From contig DATJPK010000026.1 of the NCBI GenBank assembly GCA_035506435.1, positions 1 through 24,000 of the forward strand: DNA of 24,000 bases. Reading direction: 5' to 3'. A program made the translations under genes and the position numbers. Below the pieces are notes generated by a model that worked only from the letters and a program-made list of their open reading frames with translations, was not told the origin of the DNA and did not search any database. This document shows positions 7,246-15,009 of this stretch, piece after piece (within the stretch, counting starts at the first letter, position 1; each line of letters starts with the position of its first letter). Origin of the DNA: Methanomicrobiales archaeon. Its GTDB lineage: Archaea; Halobacteriota; Methanomicrobia; Methanomicrobiales; JACTUA01.

Positions 7246-8112
7246 CTATCTCCCTCTCATTTCGTGCAGGACGTCTCCCAGTTCGTCGAGGAGCTGCTTC
7301 CCGCTCACCCTGACGCCCTTCAGGTCCCGCAGGAGGCTCGTGTCGTCCCGCCTCTTTTCCCTCATCGCCTCTGCCCGGAGGGCCGAGAGGAGGTCGTCGG
7401 CACCCAGCCCGCCGTCGGCGAGGGTGAGGACGTTCACCGGGGGTTCCACCACCGGCTCCGGCTCCTCCCCGGGCTGGGGGAAGGCGGCCGCCTGGAGATC
7501 ACCCGGCCCGGGGGTACCGGCGACGGGGGCGAGGGCGCCCGCAGCCCCGGCTGTCTCCTCGCCGCTGACCTCTTCGAGGAGCTGGGCCGGGATGTCCACC
7601 CCGGTGAGATCGTCGAAGGGGTTATCCTGCCCCTCTCCCTGCACCGCCCCGGGCGCCGGCTTCGCCCCGGCAGGAGAGGCCTTCGCGGCCGGCTGGACCG
7701 GCGTGACGGCCTTCGGCCGGCCCTCGGCGAGGGATATGATCTTTCTTGACTGGCCGACGAGCGCCGAGTCGAGCATCAGGTCGATCTTCTCCTTCTCGGC
7801 CTCAGCGACCGCCTCAGCGGGCTCGCCGGCCGCGCCCCGGGACGGCCTGAGGCTCCTCATCCTCCCGAGTGAAGCCCGGAGCCCTCCGGGCGCTTCGGGC
7901 ACGGTGCCGGCCTGCACGACCTCTCTCGCAGAGGCTGCCGACCGGATCCGGAGGTCTTCCATCTTCAGGGAGCCCGCGGCAAAGAGCATCCCGATCCCCA
8001 CCACCGTGTCCGTGAGGACGAGGAGGACGGGGTTCATCCCGGTGTACAGCAGCGCCGTACCCGTTCCGAAGGTTCCGAGGCCAAGGATCATCTGGCGTAT
8101 TCTCTCGTTCAT
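7246..8112 (-). CDS. Hypothetical membrane protein coupled to arlJ: N-terminal TM hairpin, long Ala/Pro/Glu-rich disordered region, helical C-terminus
   Basis: 288 aa. The ATG overlaps the arlJ stop (ATGA at 8109-8112), with GGAGG (8119-8123) 6 nt upstream. TM segments are MILGLGTFGTGTALLYTGM and PVLLVLTDTVVGIGMLFAAGSL. C-terminus is DDLLSALRAEAMREKRRDDTSLLRDLKGVRVSGKQLLDELGDVLHEM. Confidence 0.8.
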   Translation of the reverse strand: MNERIRQMILGLGTFGTGTALLYTGMNPVLLVLTDTVVGIGMLFAAGSLKMEDLRIRSAASAREVVQAGTVPEAPGGLRASLGRMRSLRPSRGAAGEPAEAVAEAEKEKIDLMLDSALVGQSRKIISLAEGRPKAVTPVQPAAKASPAGAKPAPGAVQGEGQDNPFDDLTGVDIPAQLLEEVSGEETAGAAGALAPVAGTPGPGDLQAAAFPQPGEEPEPVVEPPVNVLTLADGGLGADDLLSALRAEAMREKRRDDTSLLRDLKGVRVSGKQLLDELGDVLHEMRGR

Positions 8113-9719
8113 GTGATTCCTCCCGTGGGGAAGGTTGGAATGGTGAAGAAGATGTTCACGATGATAGGCGCGAGGATGACGAGCGCCCCGCTGATGGTAA
8201 AGAGGATCGTCGAGAACAGGTAGAAGATGTACCGGTCGCCCCCGTACACGATTTTCCCCGCGATGATGTTCGAGACGGTGATGAGGAGGATGATGATCAT
8301 GACGTAGGTGGTCATCTTGTCGACGGGGAAGTGCATGAGGAAGGTGACGTCGAGGCCCGACGGCATCGACGAGGTGCTCCCCGAGATGGCCGCCTGGGAC
8401 TCCCCCAGGTTCGACATCACGTTCTCGATGGAGTTCGAGATGTTGCTCATGATGAAGAACAGGAAGAGGAGAATACCCACCATGGCGGCGTGCATGGGCA
8501 CGAGGAGGGTGACGAAGCCCATCGAGACCTGGTGGCGCTTGTCCCGGAGGAGCACCTGGTCCAGGCTCGAGGTGCCGACGATCAGGCCGACCTTGTCCGG
8601 CGAGCCGCCGAGGGTGACCGAGTCCCGGAAGATGTTCGTGTACTTGTAGATGTTATTGCTCCCCGACTCGCCGATGAACCGGCTCCAGCTCTGGGTCTCG
8701 TCGAGGCCGAGGTTCAGCTTCGAGTAGATGGAGTCCACGAGGTCACGGATCTTGGGGAGCGAGGCCCGGTCCACCTCGGTGAAACCCTGCACCATCGGGA
8801 CCCCCTTCCCCCCCATCACCGAGCCGAGGGTCCGGATGAAGGTGGGGAAGTCGTTGTCCCGGCCGACAATCTTGCTGTCGTCGATGAAGCCGAGGATCGC
8901 GAGGGGCGCGAGGAGGATCCCGATGAGGAGGTAGATGAACCCGGCGCTCTGGCCCGTGACCCAGAGGATGATGCAGCCGGCCGCCGTGACGAGGACGAGG
9001 GGCCGCTCGAGCTTCCTGATGAGGCCCTGCTCCCGGGAACACCGGTCGGCGAGACCGTGGGTCCGGCGGTCCTCGGGTACAGAGCGGTACATCGTGACGA
9101 GGCCGAAGATGGAGATCATGATGACGATGAGGTACGAGAGGTTCAGGGTCTGGTCGATTCCGCCGGCAGAGAAAATGGCGATGGAGAGCATGATGATGAG
9201 GGAAACGAGCACGCCCGAGAAGAGCATCGCGATGTACGCGTCGCCCCACTTCTTGAGCATCTCGAGGCCCTGCTCCACGGTGTTCCGGTACACGCTCCTG
9301 ATGGTGTCGAGCTCCCGGTCCAGGAAGTCCTCGTCGGGCACGCCGCTCTCCATCGCGTTTGCGTACCGGTTGAAGACCGACTGGAGCACCTCGTTTTTGA
9401 TCTTCTTTGCGACGATCTTCAGGGCCTCGGCATAGCTGTAGTTCCAGCGCTTGACAAAGTAGTCAACCTTTGCCACGTACTTGGTGGGGACGTACTCGTA
9501 CCGCCTGCCGGTGTAGGAGAAGATGTCCGGCCGGGAGACCCCCGCGGTCGTGATGGAGGCCATGTAGGTCGCCATGAAGAGGAGGTCGGCGGGGGTCCGC
9601 TTCTCCTCGTCGACGCTCTGGACGAAGCCGCTGACCCGCTTCACCTGGTCCGCGAAGGGAAGCTTCCCATCTCCCCTTGCCCGCAGGGCGTCTGCAAACC
9701 CGCCGAAGAGTCCCGCCAT
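8109..9719 (-). CDS. arlJ: Archaellum polytopic membrane platform protein ArlJ (FlaJ)
   Basis: 536 aa. Two T2SS-F-like cytoplasmic domains separated by TM bundles. Position is directly after arlI (2-nt spacer). Confidence 0.95.
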   Translation of the reverse strand: MAGLFGGFADALRARGDGKLPFADQVKRVSGFVQSVDEEKRTPADLLFMATYMASITTAGVSRPDIFSYTGRRYEYVPTKYVAKVDYFVKRWNYSYAEALKIVAKKIKNEVLQSVFNRYANAMESGVPDEDFLDRELDTIRSVYRNTVEQGLEMLKKWGDAYIAMLFSGVLVSLIIMLSIAIFSAGGIDQTLNLSYLIVIMISIFGLVTMYRSVPEDRRTHGLADRCSREQGLIRKLERPLVLVTAAGCIILWVTGQSAGFIYLLIGILLAPLAILGFIDDSKIVGRDNDFPTFIRTLGSVMGGKGVPMVQGFTEVDRASLPKIRDLVDSIYSKLNLGLDETQSWSRFIGESGSNNIYKYTNIFRDSVTLGGSPDKVGLIVGTSSLDQVLLRDKRHQVSMGFVTLLVPMHAAMVGILLFLFFIMSNISNSIENVMSNLGESQAAISGSTSSMPSGLDVTFLMHFPVDKMTTYVMIIILLITVSNIIAGKIVYGGDRYIFYLFSTILFTISGALVILAPIIVNIFFTIPTFPTGGIT

Positions 9720-9721
9720 CC

Positions 9722-11587
9722 CTAGCTCCCGATCTTGAGCAGGCCTTCCTTCTTCACCTTCGTGATCATCTGGAAGAGGTCCTTGAAGTCAACGTAGCCC
9801 GCCTTGTGCAGCCGCTCGAGGATCCGTGCCCGCTTGTCCACTTCGTCGTAGATCTCGGCCTTCTTGTGGTCGGGGAAGCCGAGGAGGGTCGCGATCTTGT
9901 TCTCGAGGATATAGCTCGCCCCTTTTCCCGAGAAGTCGAAGGTGTCGTTCACGGGGTTCCACTTGAAGATCTCGACGAAGGAGATACCGCCGGTATCGGC
10001 GTTGTACCCGACGAGCTCGTTTACCGAGAGCATGCGCCTGACGGTCTCACCGGAGGGGCGCTTGACCGCGCTCTGGATGACGACGAGGTTCAAGTTATCG
10101 AGGTAGGTCTTCGGGATGTTGATCGGGTCACCGCAGAGACGCTGGATGAGCTTCTCGACCGAGGCCGCATGGAAGGTGGAGAGCACCGGGTGACCGGTCT
10201 GCATCGCACCGAAGGCGACCGACCCCTCGACACCACGGATTTCCCCGACCACGATCATGTTCGGCCGCTGACGGAGGGCCGACTTCAGGAGGTCGAACAT
10301 GGTGACATCGGCCCCCTCGCCCTCCCCCTTGCCCTTTGCCTTCGAGACCTCCCGGGTCCAGTTCTTGTGGGGCACCTGGAGCTCGGGGGTATCCTCGATG
10401 GAGACGATCTTGTGCTCGGGCGGGATGAAGGCCGTCACGGCGTTCAGGGAGGTGGTCTTCCCCGAGGCCGTCTCCCCGCTCATGAAGAGGGACATCCCGT
10501 GCTCGATGCAGATCCAGAAGTACCCCGCCATCAGGTAGTTGCAGGTCCCGAACTCCACGAGCTTGAGGATGCTGATGACGTCGTCGGCCATGGCCTTCCG
10601 TATCGTGAAGTTGGAGCCGCGCTTCGAGATCTCGGTCCCGTACACGATGTTGATACGGGACCCGTCGGGCAGCGTCGAGTCCACGATGGGCGTGCGGTAG
10701 GTGAGGGGCTTCTTCAGCCTCTCGCCGAGCTTCACCACGAACTGGTCGAGCTCGTCGGACTTGTGGAACTCGATGATGGACTTCAGGCCCTTGAAGATCT
10801 TGTGCTCGATGAAGATCGGGCCGAGGCCGTCGCAGGTGACATCCTCGATATACCGGTCGTTGATGTACGGCTTCAGCACCCCGAGGTCGATCTTGTCCCG
10901 GATCATGAGGTACTCCACCGCCTGGTACTCCTGCGGGGTAAGCACGATCCGGCCGTCGGGGAGTTTCGGGACCTTCGCGAGCGCCGCGTCGGCCTCGTTG
11001 TCGGTCGCAGCAGTCAGGTCCTTGTTCAGGAACCCCATGATCTTTTCCTTCATGCCCTGCTTCGCCGCGATCTGGGCCATGAGCCCCTCCACCGTCTCGC
11101 CCTGCTTCGTGACGTAGACAACCCGGGAGACGAGTTCCTTTAATACCGAGGCCCGCTCGGCATCGTTGATGGGGTCCCGGTCGAGGGCGTCGAGCAGGTT
11201 CACGAGCTTGACCTCCACCGCGGGGATGAGGTCGTTCACCGAGTGGAGGAAGGAGGGCTCGATGGGGATGTAGTAGTTCCGGGCATCGACGGGGTCGGGG
11301 AAGATGTGGATGTAGGTGTTTTCGCCCGCGGGATAGATCAGGTTCGGGTCCTTCATCGACTTGAGGTCCCGCTTCAGCTCCGAGAAGAACAGGGGGACCC
11401 CGTAGGTGTTCACCGGGTAGGTATGGAGGTACTCGAGGAGGTGCGGGCTCCTCTGCGCGTACTCCTTTGCATGCGCCGGGAGCATCCGGTAGATCGAGCA
11501 GCCTTCGATGTTGTTTGCGCAGTCGTTCCCCTCGTCGGCCTTTGCCGGGTTGAAGGGGAGTGTCAGGGAGACGGTGAGGGTGCCCAT
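9722..11587 (-). CDS. arlI: Archaellum motor/assembly ATPase ArlI (FlaI), secretion-ATPase superfamily
   Basis: 621 aa. Walker A GETASGKTT, Walker B NMIVVGEIRG, SIEDTPEL and HPVLSTFHA motifs. ATG is 3 nt after the arlH stop. An internal Met at residue 35 is an alternative start. Confidence 0.97.
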   Translation of the reverse strand: MGTLTVSLTLPFNPAKADEGNDCANNIEGCSIYRMLPAHAKEYAQRSPHLLEYLHTYPVNTYGVPLFFSELKRDLKSMKDPNLIYPAGENTYIHIFPDPVDARNYYIPIEPSFLHSVNDLIPAVEVKLVNLLDALDRDPINDAERASVLKELVSRVVYVTKQGETVEGLMAQIAAKQGMKEKIMGFLNKDLTAATDNEADAALAKVPKLPDGRIVLTPQEYQAVEYLMIRDKIDLGVLKPYINDRYIEDVTCDGLGPIFIEHKIFKGLKSIIEFHKSDELDQFVVKLGERLKKPLTYRTPIVDSTLPDGSRINIVYGTEISKRGSNFTIRKAMADDVISILKLVEFGTCNYLMAGYFWICIEHGMSLFMSGETASGKTTSLNAVTAFIPPEHKIVSIEDTPELQVPHKNWTREVSKAKGKGEGEGADVTMFDLLKSALRQRPNMIVVGEIRGVEGSVAFGAMQTGHPVLSTFHAASVEKLIQRLCGDPINIPKTYLDNLNLVVIQSAVKRPSGETVRRMLSVNELVGYNADTGGISFVEIFKWNPVNDTFDFSGKGASYILENKIATLLGFPDHKKAEIYDEVDKRARILERLHKAGYVDFKDLFQMITKVKKEGLLKIGS

Positions 11588-11590
11588 GGA

Positions 11591-12337
11591 TCAGACCTTC
11601 GCAACCGATATCGGGATGATCTTGATGCCGTACCCGGGGACGACCTCGAAGGAGACCAGGTTCTCCCGGGTCTTGTGGGCGCCCCGGATCTTCACGACCT
11701 CGAGGACCATCAGGTACTTGTCGCCCATGAGGGCCCGCTTCAGGGTGAGGAGGGCGTCGCAGACCTGCCGGAGCCGGACGAGCGTGTCCTCCTCGAAGGC
11801 ATAGGAGTGCAGGGTGACGAAGATGGTCTTTCCCTTGTCGCAGAGGTTCTTGCAGCCCGTGAAGAAGTCGATGATGACCTCGCTCGAGGTGTTCTCGGTG
11901 AAGAGGGTGATGGAGTCGATGATGACGATCTCCGCCTGGCTCTCCCTGATGTGGGCGAGGAGGCGCTGGAGGATCTCCTCCATGTTCTCCTTCTCGGGGT
12001 CAAAGCCGGGCACGAGGACAGGGAAGAGCCTGAGGTAGCCCCAGGCATAGTAGTCAGAGATGTCGAGGCTCATCGTCTCCATCTGTGAGAGGAAGTCCTG
12101 GGGGTTCGTCTCGCTCGAGTAAATGTCGATGCACAGGCCCTGCTTCATCCCGCCCCATATGATCTGCTGGGTGAAGACCGACTTCCCGCTGTCATGTTCC
12201 CCCTCGATGAGGGTGAGGGACTTCAGGGGCACCCCGTCGTCGAATTTCTTGTCGATCTCGGACTTCCCCGTCACGAGGACGGCCTTCTTCTTTTCGGCCG
12301 CCTGGTCCAGGGATCCTGGCTTGTCTTCCAATGGCAT
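11591..12337 (-). CDS. arlH: ArlH (FlaH), KaiC/RecA-like ATP-binding archaellum protein
   Basis: 248 aa. Walker A-like GEHDSGKS, IVIIDSIT Walker B-like strand. GGAGTG SD overlaps the arlG stop. Confidence 0.95.
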   Translation of the reverse strand: MPLEDKPGSLDQAAEKKKAVLVTGKSEIDKKFDDGVPLKSLTLIEGEHDSGKSVFTQQIIWGGMKQGLCIDIYSSETNPQDFLSQMETMSLDISDYYAWGYLRLFPVLVPGFDPEKENMEEILQRLLAHIRESQAEIVIIDSITLFTENTSSEVIIDFFTGCKNLCDKGKTIFVTLHSYAFEEDTLVRLRQVCDALLTLKRALMGDKYLMVLEVVKIRGAHKTRENLVSFEVVPGYGIKIIPISVAKV

Positions 12338-12346
12338 AGAGCACTC

Positions 12347-12847
12347 CTACACGATGTACGCGGAGTCGTAGACCCCGTTCGCAGTCGACACCTTCACCCA
12401 CACCGGGTCGCCCTTCAGGGGGTCCGGGTCGTAGGCCACCGAGATGTTCACAACCTCGTCGGGATCGAGGAGCCCCGGGTGGACGATCTCGCCGTGGACG
12501 AGATCGGGGCTCATGATCCGGTAGACCCAGTCGTACGGGGCCGAGAGGTTGGTGTACGTGTACGGGACCCCGCCCTGCATCAGGTACACCTCGGTGTGGT
12601 TGAAGTCCCCGAGGATCTCGCTCCCCGTGTTCTTCACCTCGAGGTACGTCAGCCGGGCCCCGAGGTCGTTCGATACGTTCATGATCTCGACGTTCGTATG
12701 GATCCGCTCGTTTTCCTTCTCCGAGATGGCACGCTGGGCAAGGACGGCGGTCTTTGCCGTGGCAAGGGTCCCCCCGATCAGGACGTAGGCCGTTATGATG
12801 AGGAGGATGATCGCGACCGCGGACGCGATGATGGTGCCGGCACCCAT
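12347..12847 (-). CDS. arlG: ArlG (FlaG)
   Basis: 166 aa. Single N-terminal hydrophobic helix (IIASAVAIILLIITAYVLIGG) followed by a beta-rich domain. F versus G is assigned by the canonical order arlF-arlG-arlH. Confidence 0.8.
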   Translation of the reverse strand: MGAGTIIASAVAIILLIITAYVLIGGTLATAKTAVLAQRAISEKENERIHTNVEIMNVSNDLGARLTYLEVKNTGSEILGDFNHTEVYLMQGGVPYTYTNLSAPYDWVYRIMSPDLVHGEIVHPGLLDPDEVVNISVAYDPDPLKGDPVWVKVSTANGVYDSAYIV

Positions 12848-12850
12848 ATC

Positions 12851-13354
12851 CTAGCTCACCGTAAACTGCTCCGAGCGCTTCGTCCCGTCGAAGAGGACCA
12901 TCTGGAAGTACACGACGTCCCCCCTCGAAGTCGGGAGATGGTCGCTCTTCATCATGAGATGGAGGGTCTCGCCCTCGTCCCAGTAGGCGTTCGAGTTATC
13001 CAGGATATCGTAGCTCCACTTGCCGGCGGCCGGCGGGGCGCCCACGAGATCATCCTGGGAGAGGGCCTCGAAGTCGCCCGGGGCACCGATAAAGAGGGTG
13101 GACATGTTCAGGTCCTTCAGGTAGATCCGACTCGTACCCGTGTCCTTCAGCCAGACCTGGGCGTTCCCTGCCGAATCCGCGAAGCTGTTCACGATGACCA
13201 TGTCGGTCCGCATCTGCTGGTCTGCCTTCGAAGAGGAGGAGGAGAAGGTGGAGGACATGGTATAGATGGCCGGGAAAATCTGGGAGGTGAGGATGCCTGC
13301 CGCTACGATGGCGGTGATGAGGAAGATGGCCGTAACGATTGTCTCACTCGACAT
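12851..13354 (-). CDS. arlF: ArlF (FlaF)
   Basis: 167 aa. N-terminal helix TIVTAIFLITAIVAAGILTSQIF plus a beta-rich domain. 3-nt spacers on both sides. Confidence 0.8.
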   Translation of the reverse strand: MSSETIVTAIFLITAIVAAGILTSQIFPAIYTMSSTFSSSSSKADQQMRTDMVIVNSFADSAGNAQVWLKDTGTSRIYLKDLNMSTLFIGAPGDFEALSQDDLVGAPPAAGKWSYDILDNSNAYWDEGETLHLMMKSDHLPTSRGDVVYFQMVLFDGTKRSEQFTVS

Positions 13355-13357
13355 CCA

Positions 13358-14161
13358 TCAGGTCCTGTCCATGCTGTCGATCCACTCGAAGACCTGATCG
13401 CTCTCGGGTTTCCCGGCCTTTCTCGGGACCGCGGCCACCGGGCCCGGGATCCGGTGGGTCATGAGGACCTCGATCATGTCCTCGTCCAGGGTGTTGTCCT
13501 TGGGGTCGAGGATCCGGTTGAGGATATAGAGCTCGGAGACGAACTCGTCGGGTCCGATGACATGGAGTTCCCCGAGCGAGGCGGGGAGGAGCCGGCCGAT
13601 CTCCCGGATCTGGCCTTCCATCTCCTCGGTAAGGTATCCCATGCTCGTATAGGCCTGGAGGAGGATCTCGAGCCGGTCATGGCCGTACCGGTTGATGATC
13701 TTCGACGTCCATCCAAAGAGCCGGTGTACCTTCCGGAGCCGGAGCTTCTCCCCGAGCTTCCCGGATCCGAAGGGCATGGCCGGCGGCATCTTTCCCTTTC
13801 CCCGCAGCATGTTTGCAAGCTCCTCCTGGACGCTCTTCTCGGCGCCCGGGAAGGACTCCTCCTGCTCCTCCGCCTTCTCTTCACCGGCGGGGACCTCCTC
13901 CTCTTCCTTCTCCTCCTCGGCCGGGGCCTCTTCAGCCTCGGGGAGCTTTCCCGGGAGCGGCCCATGGGTGAGGAAGGGGTTATCCTTCTCGTTCAGCCGG
14001 TCCCGGATATCGATCAGGAGCTTCTTGATGGAGGTCTTCATGAGGTCCATCTCGTCCTGCAGCTTGAGGAGCTTCACGTCCGCGTCCCCGGCAGGTGAGG
14101 CGGCAGCGGCGGGTGCCTCATCCTGCGGTGACGGCGGCATATTCAGATTGAGCCTGGCCAT
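13358..14161 (-). CDS. arlCDE: Fused ArlC/ArlD-E type archaellum protein (FlaC coiled coil + acidic linker + FlaD/E domain)
   Basis: 267 aa. N-terminal coiled coil VKLLKLQDEMDLMKTSIKKLLIDIRDRLNE, poly-acidic linker EEAPAEEEKEEEEVPAGEEKAEEQEE, C-terminal FlaD/E-like RLFGWTSKIINRYGHDRLEILLQAYTSMGYLTEEMEGQIREIGRLL. An alternative start is Met8 (14140). Confidence 0.85.
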   Translation of the reverse strand: MARLNLNMPPSPQDEAPAAAASPAGDADVKLLKLQDEMDLMKTSIKKLLIDIRDRLNEKDNPFLTHGPLPGKLPEAEEAPAEEEKEEEEVPAGEEKAEEQEESFPGAEKSVQEELANMLRGKGKMPPAMPFGSGKLGEKLRLRKVHRLFGWTSKIINRYGHDRLEILLQAYTSMGYLTEEMEGQIREIGRLLPASLGELHVIGPDEFVSELYILNRILDPKDNTLDEDMIEVLMTHRIPGPVAAVPRKAGKPESDQVFEWIDSMDRT

Positions 14162-14169
14162 AGCACACT

Positions 14170-14215
14170 CACGTAAAAAAAATTAATCACTCATACTAAA
14201 TATACCTTGTGTTTT
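14170..14215 (-). promoter_or_regulatory. Candidate promoter of the arlCDE-J (and downstream) operon
   Basis: Minus-strand AGGTATATTTAG (14196-14207, ~41 nt upstream of ATG 14161) and GATTAATTTTTTTT (14174-14188), inside a ~140-bp very AT-rich island. Confidence 0.35.
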
Positions 14216-14302
14216 GCTATTTTTCATAAAAGACATAGTGTTTACAAAATAACCTGAAAATCTTCATTAAAACGGGAAATAAATCGGGTTTGCGCCTCGT
14301 TC

Positions 14303-14380
14303 ATCCGGGGGTGGTCCCCCCGGATACATCACCTGCTATCCCCGGCATGCACCGGGCGCGGCGCATGCACTGTAAAAAAA
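14303..14380 (-). terminator. Archaellin transcript terminator: T7 run followed by GC-rich hairpins
   Basis: On the minus strand a TTTTTTT run (14374-14380) starts 10 nt after the arlB stop. Next comes GCATGC...GCATGC (14345-14350 / 14363-14368). Then a 9-bp perfect stem ATCCGGGGG / CCCCCGGAT (14303-14311 / 14317-14325) with a 5-nt loop. Confidence 0.55.
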
Positions 14381-14389
14381 GGTGAGGGA

Positions 14390-14998
14390 TCAGGTCAGGA
14401 TGTTCATGACGGTGATCCCGCCAGGCGCCGTTTTCACGAGCGGGAGGGCCGCGCCCACGTCCGGCTTGATGGTGAGGGTGAATTCCTCGCCCGCCGGGAG
14501 GCTCGACGATCCCATGCTCAGGTTCGCCTGGATGGTGAACTTCTCGTTCCGCTCGAGGGCGGTGTCCCCGTCGTCGTTCTGGGTCGAGACGATGCACCAC
14601 TGGTAATTGGACGGCTGGACCCCGGGCTTGTAGATGTTGCTCGCGAAGTCCAGGTTCTGGAGAACGCTCCGGTTCTGGTAGGTGAGCACCGTCCGGTTGA
14701 GGTCGACCGGGGTTCCGCCAGCAGCGAGCTGGATGCTGAACAGGATCGTGTGGATCCCGTGCGGGCCCGAGTTCACGTCAGCGGTTCCCTCGGCGTCCCC
14801 GTACACCTCGCCGTTGATCACGATGTTCGAGGTGGCCTGCTGGACGCCCTTGTAGACGACCTCCTGGGATTTCTGGGTCGTGAAGAACCCGGCCCCGAGG
14901 ACCACATACGAGAAGACCGCGGCAACCACCACGAAGGCGATGAGGACGATGGCCGCCTCAAGGCCCGTGAAGGCTTCGGATTTCTGGAATTTCTTCAT
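14390..14998 (-). CDS. arlB: Archaellin ArlB (FlaB), promoter-distal copy
   Basis: 202 aa. Class III signal peptide and hydrophobic N-terminus MKKFQKSEA/FTGLEAAIVLIAFVVVAAVFSYVVLGAGFFTTQKSQ. N-x-S/T sequons NRT, NRS, NLS. GGTGAGGTGA SD in the 11-nt spacer after the first archaellin. Confidence 0.95.
   Translation of the reverse strand: MKKFQKSEAFTGLEAAIVLIAFVVVAAVFSYVVLGAGFFTTQKSQEVVYKGVQQATSNIVINGEVYGDAEGTADVNSGPHGIHTILFSIQLAAGGTPVDLNRTVLTYQNRSVLQNLDFASNIYKPGVQPSNYQWCIVSTQNDDGDTALERNEKFTIQANLSMGSSSLPAGEEFTLTIKPDVGAALPLVKTAPGGITVMNILT
14831..14978 (-). repeat. Conserved 5' segment shared by the two archaellin genes (copy 2)
   Basis: Manual alignment with 15442-15589 (offset 611 nt): about 24 mismatches in ~147 nt, roughly 84 percent identity. 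The remaining 3' two-thirds diverge. Confidence 0.8.
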
Positions 14999-15009
14999 CT
15001 CTTCTCACC

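Noticed and set aside
8331-11143. Plus-strand ORFs 8331-9725 (464 aa) and 9677-11143 (488 aa)
   Set aside because: They are antisense shadows of arlJ and arlI, with D/E/H/R/G/V-rich low-information sequence. arlI and arlJ carry unambiguous Walker and TM signatures on the other strand.
12194-14098. 634-aa plus-strand ORF, the longest ORF in the track
   Set aside because: It lies entirely antisense to arlG, arlF and arlCDE. Its composition is dominated by R, G, D, E, H, V, L and P with no motifs, the typical shadow ORF of a GC3-rich coding strand. The minus-strand genes have recognisable archaellum features and tight SD-coupled junctions.
14242-14304. 20-codon minus-strand ORF (MNEAQTRFISRFNEDFQVIL) in the AT-rich island
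   Set aside because: There is no SD, the codon usage is completely unlike the neighbouring genes, and the ATG is buried in the terminator hairpin stem. It is most likely non-coding.
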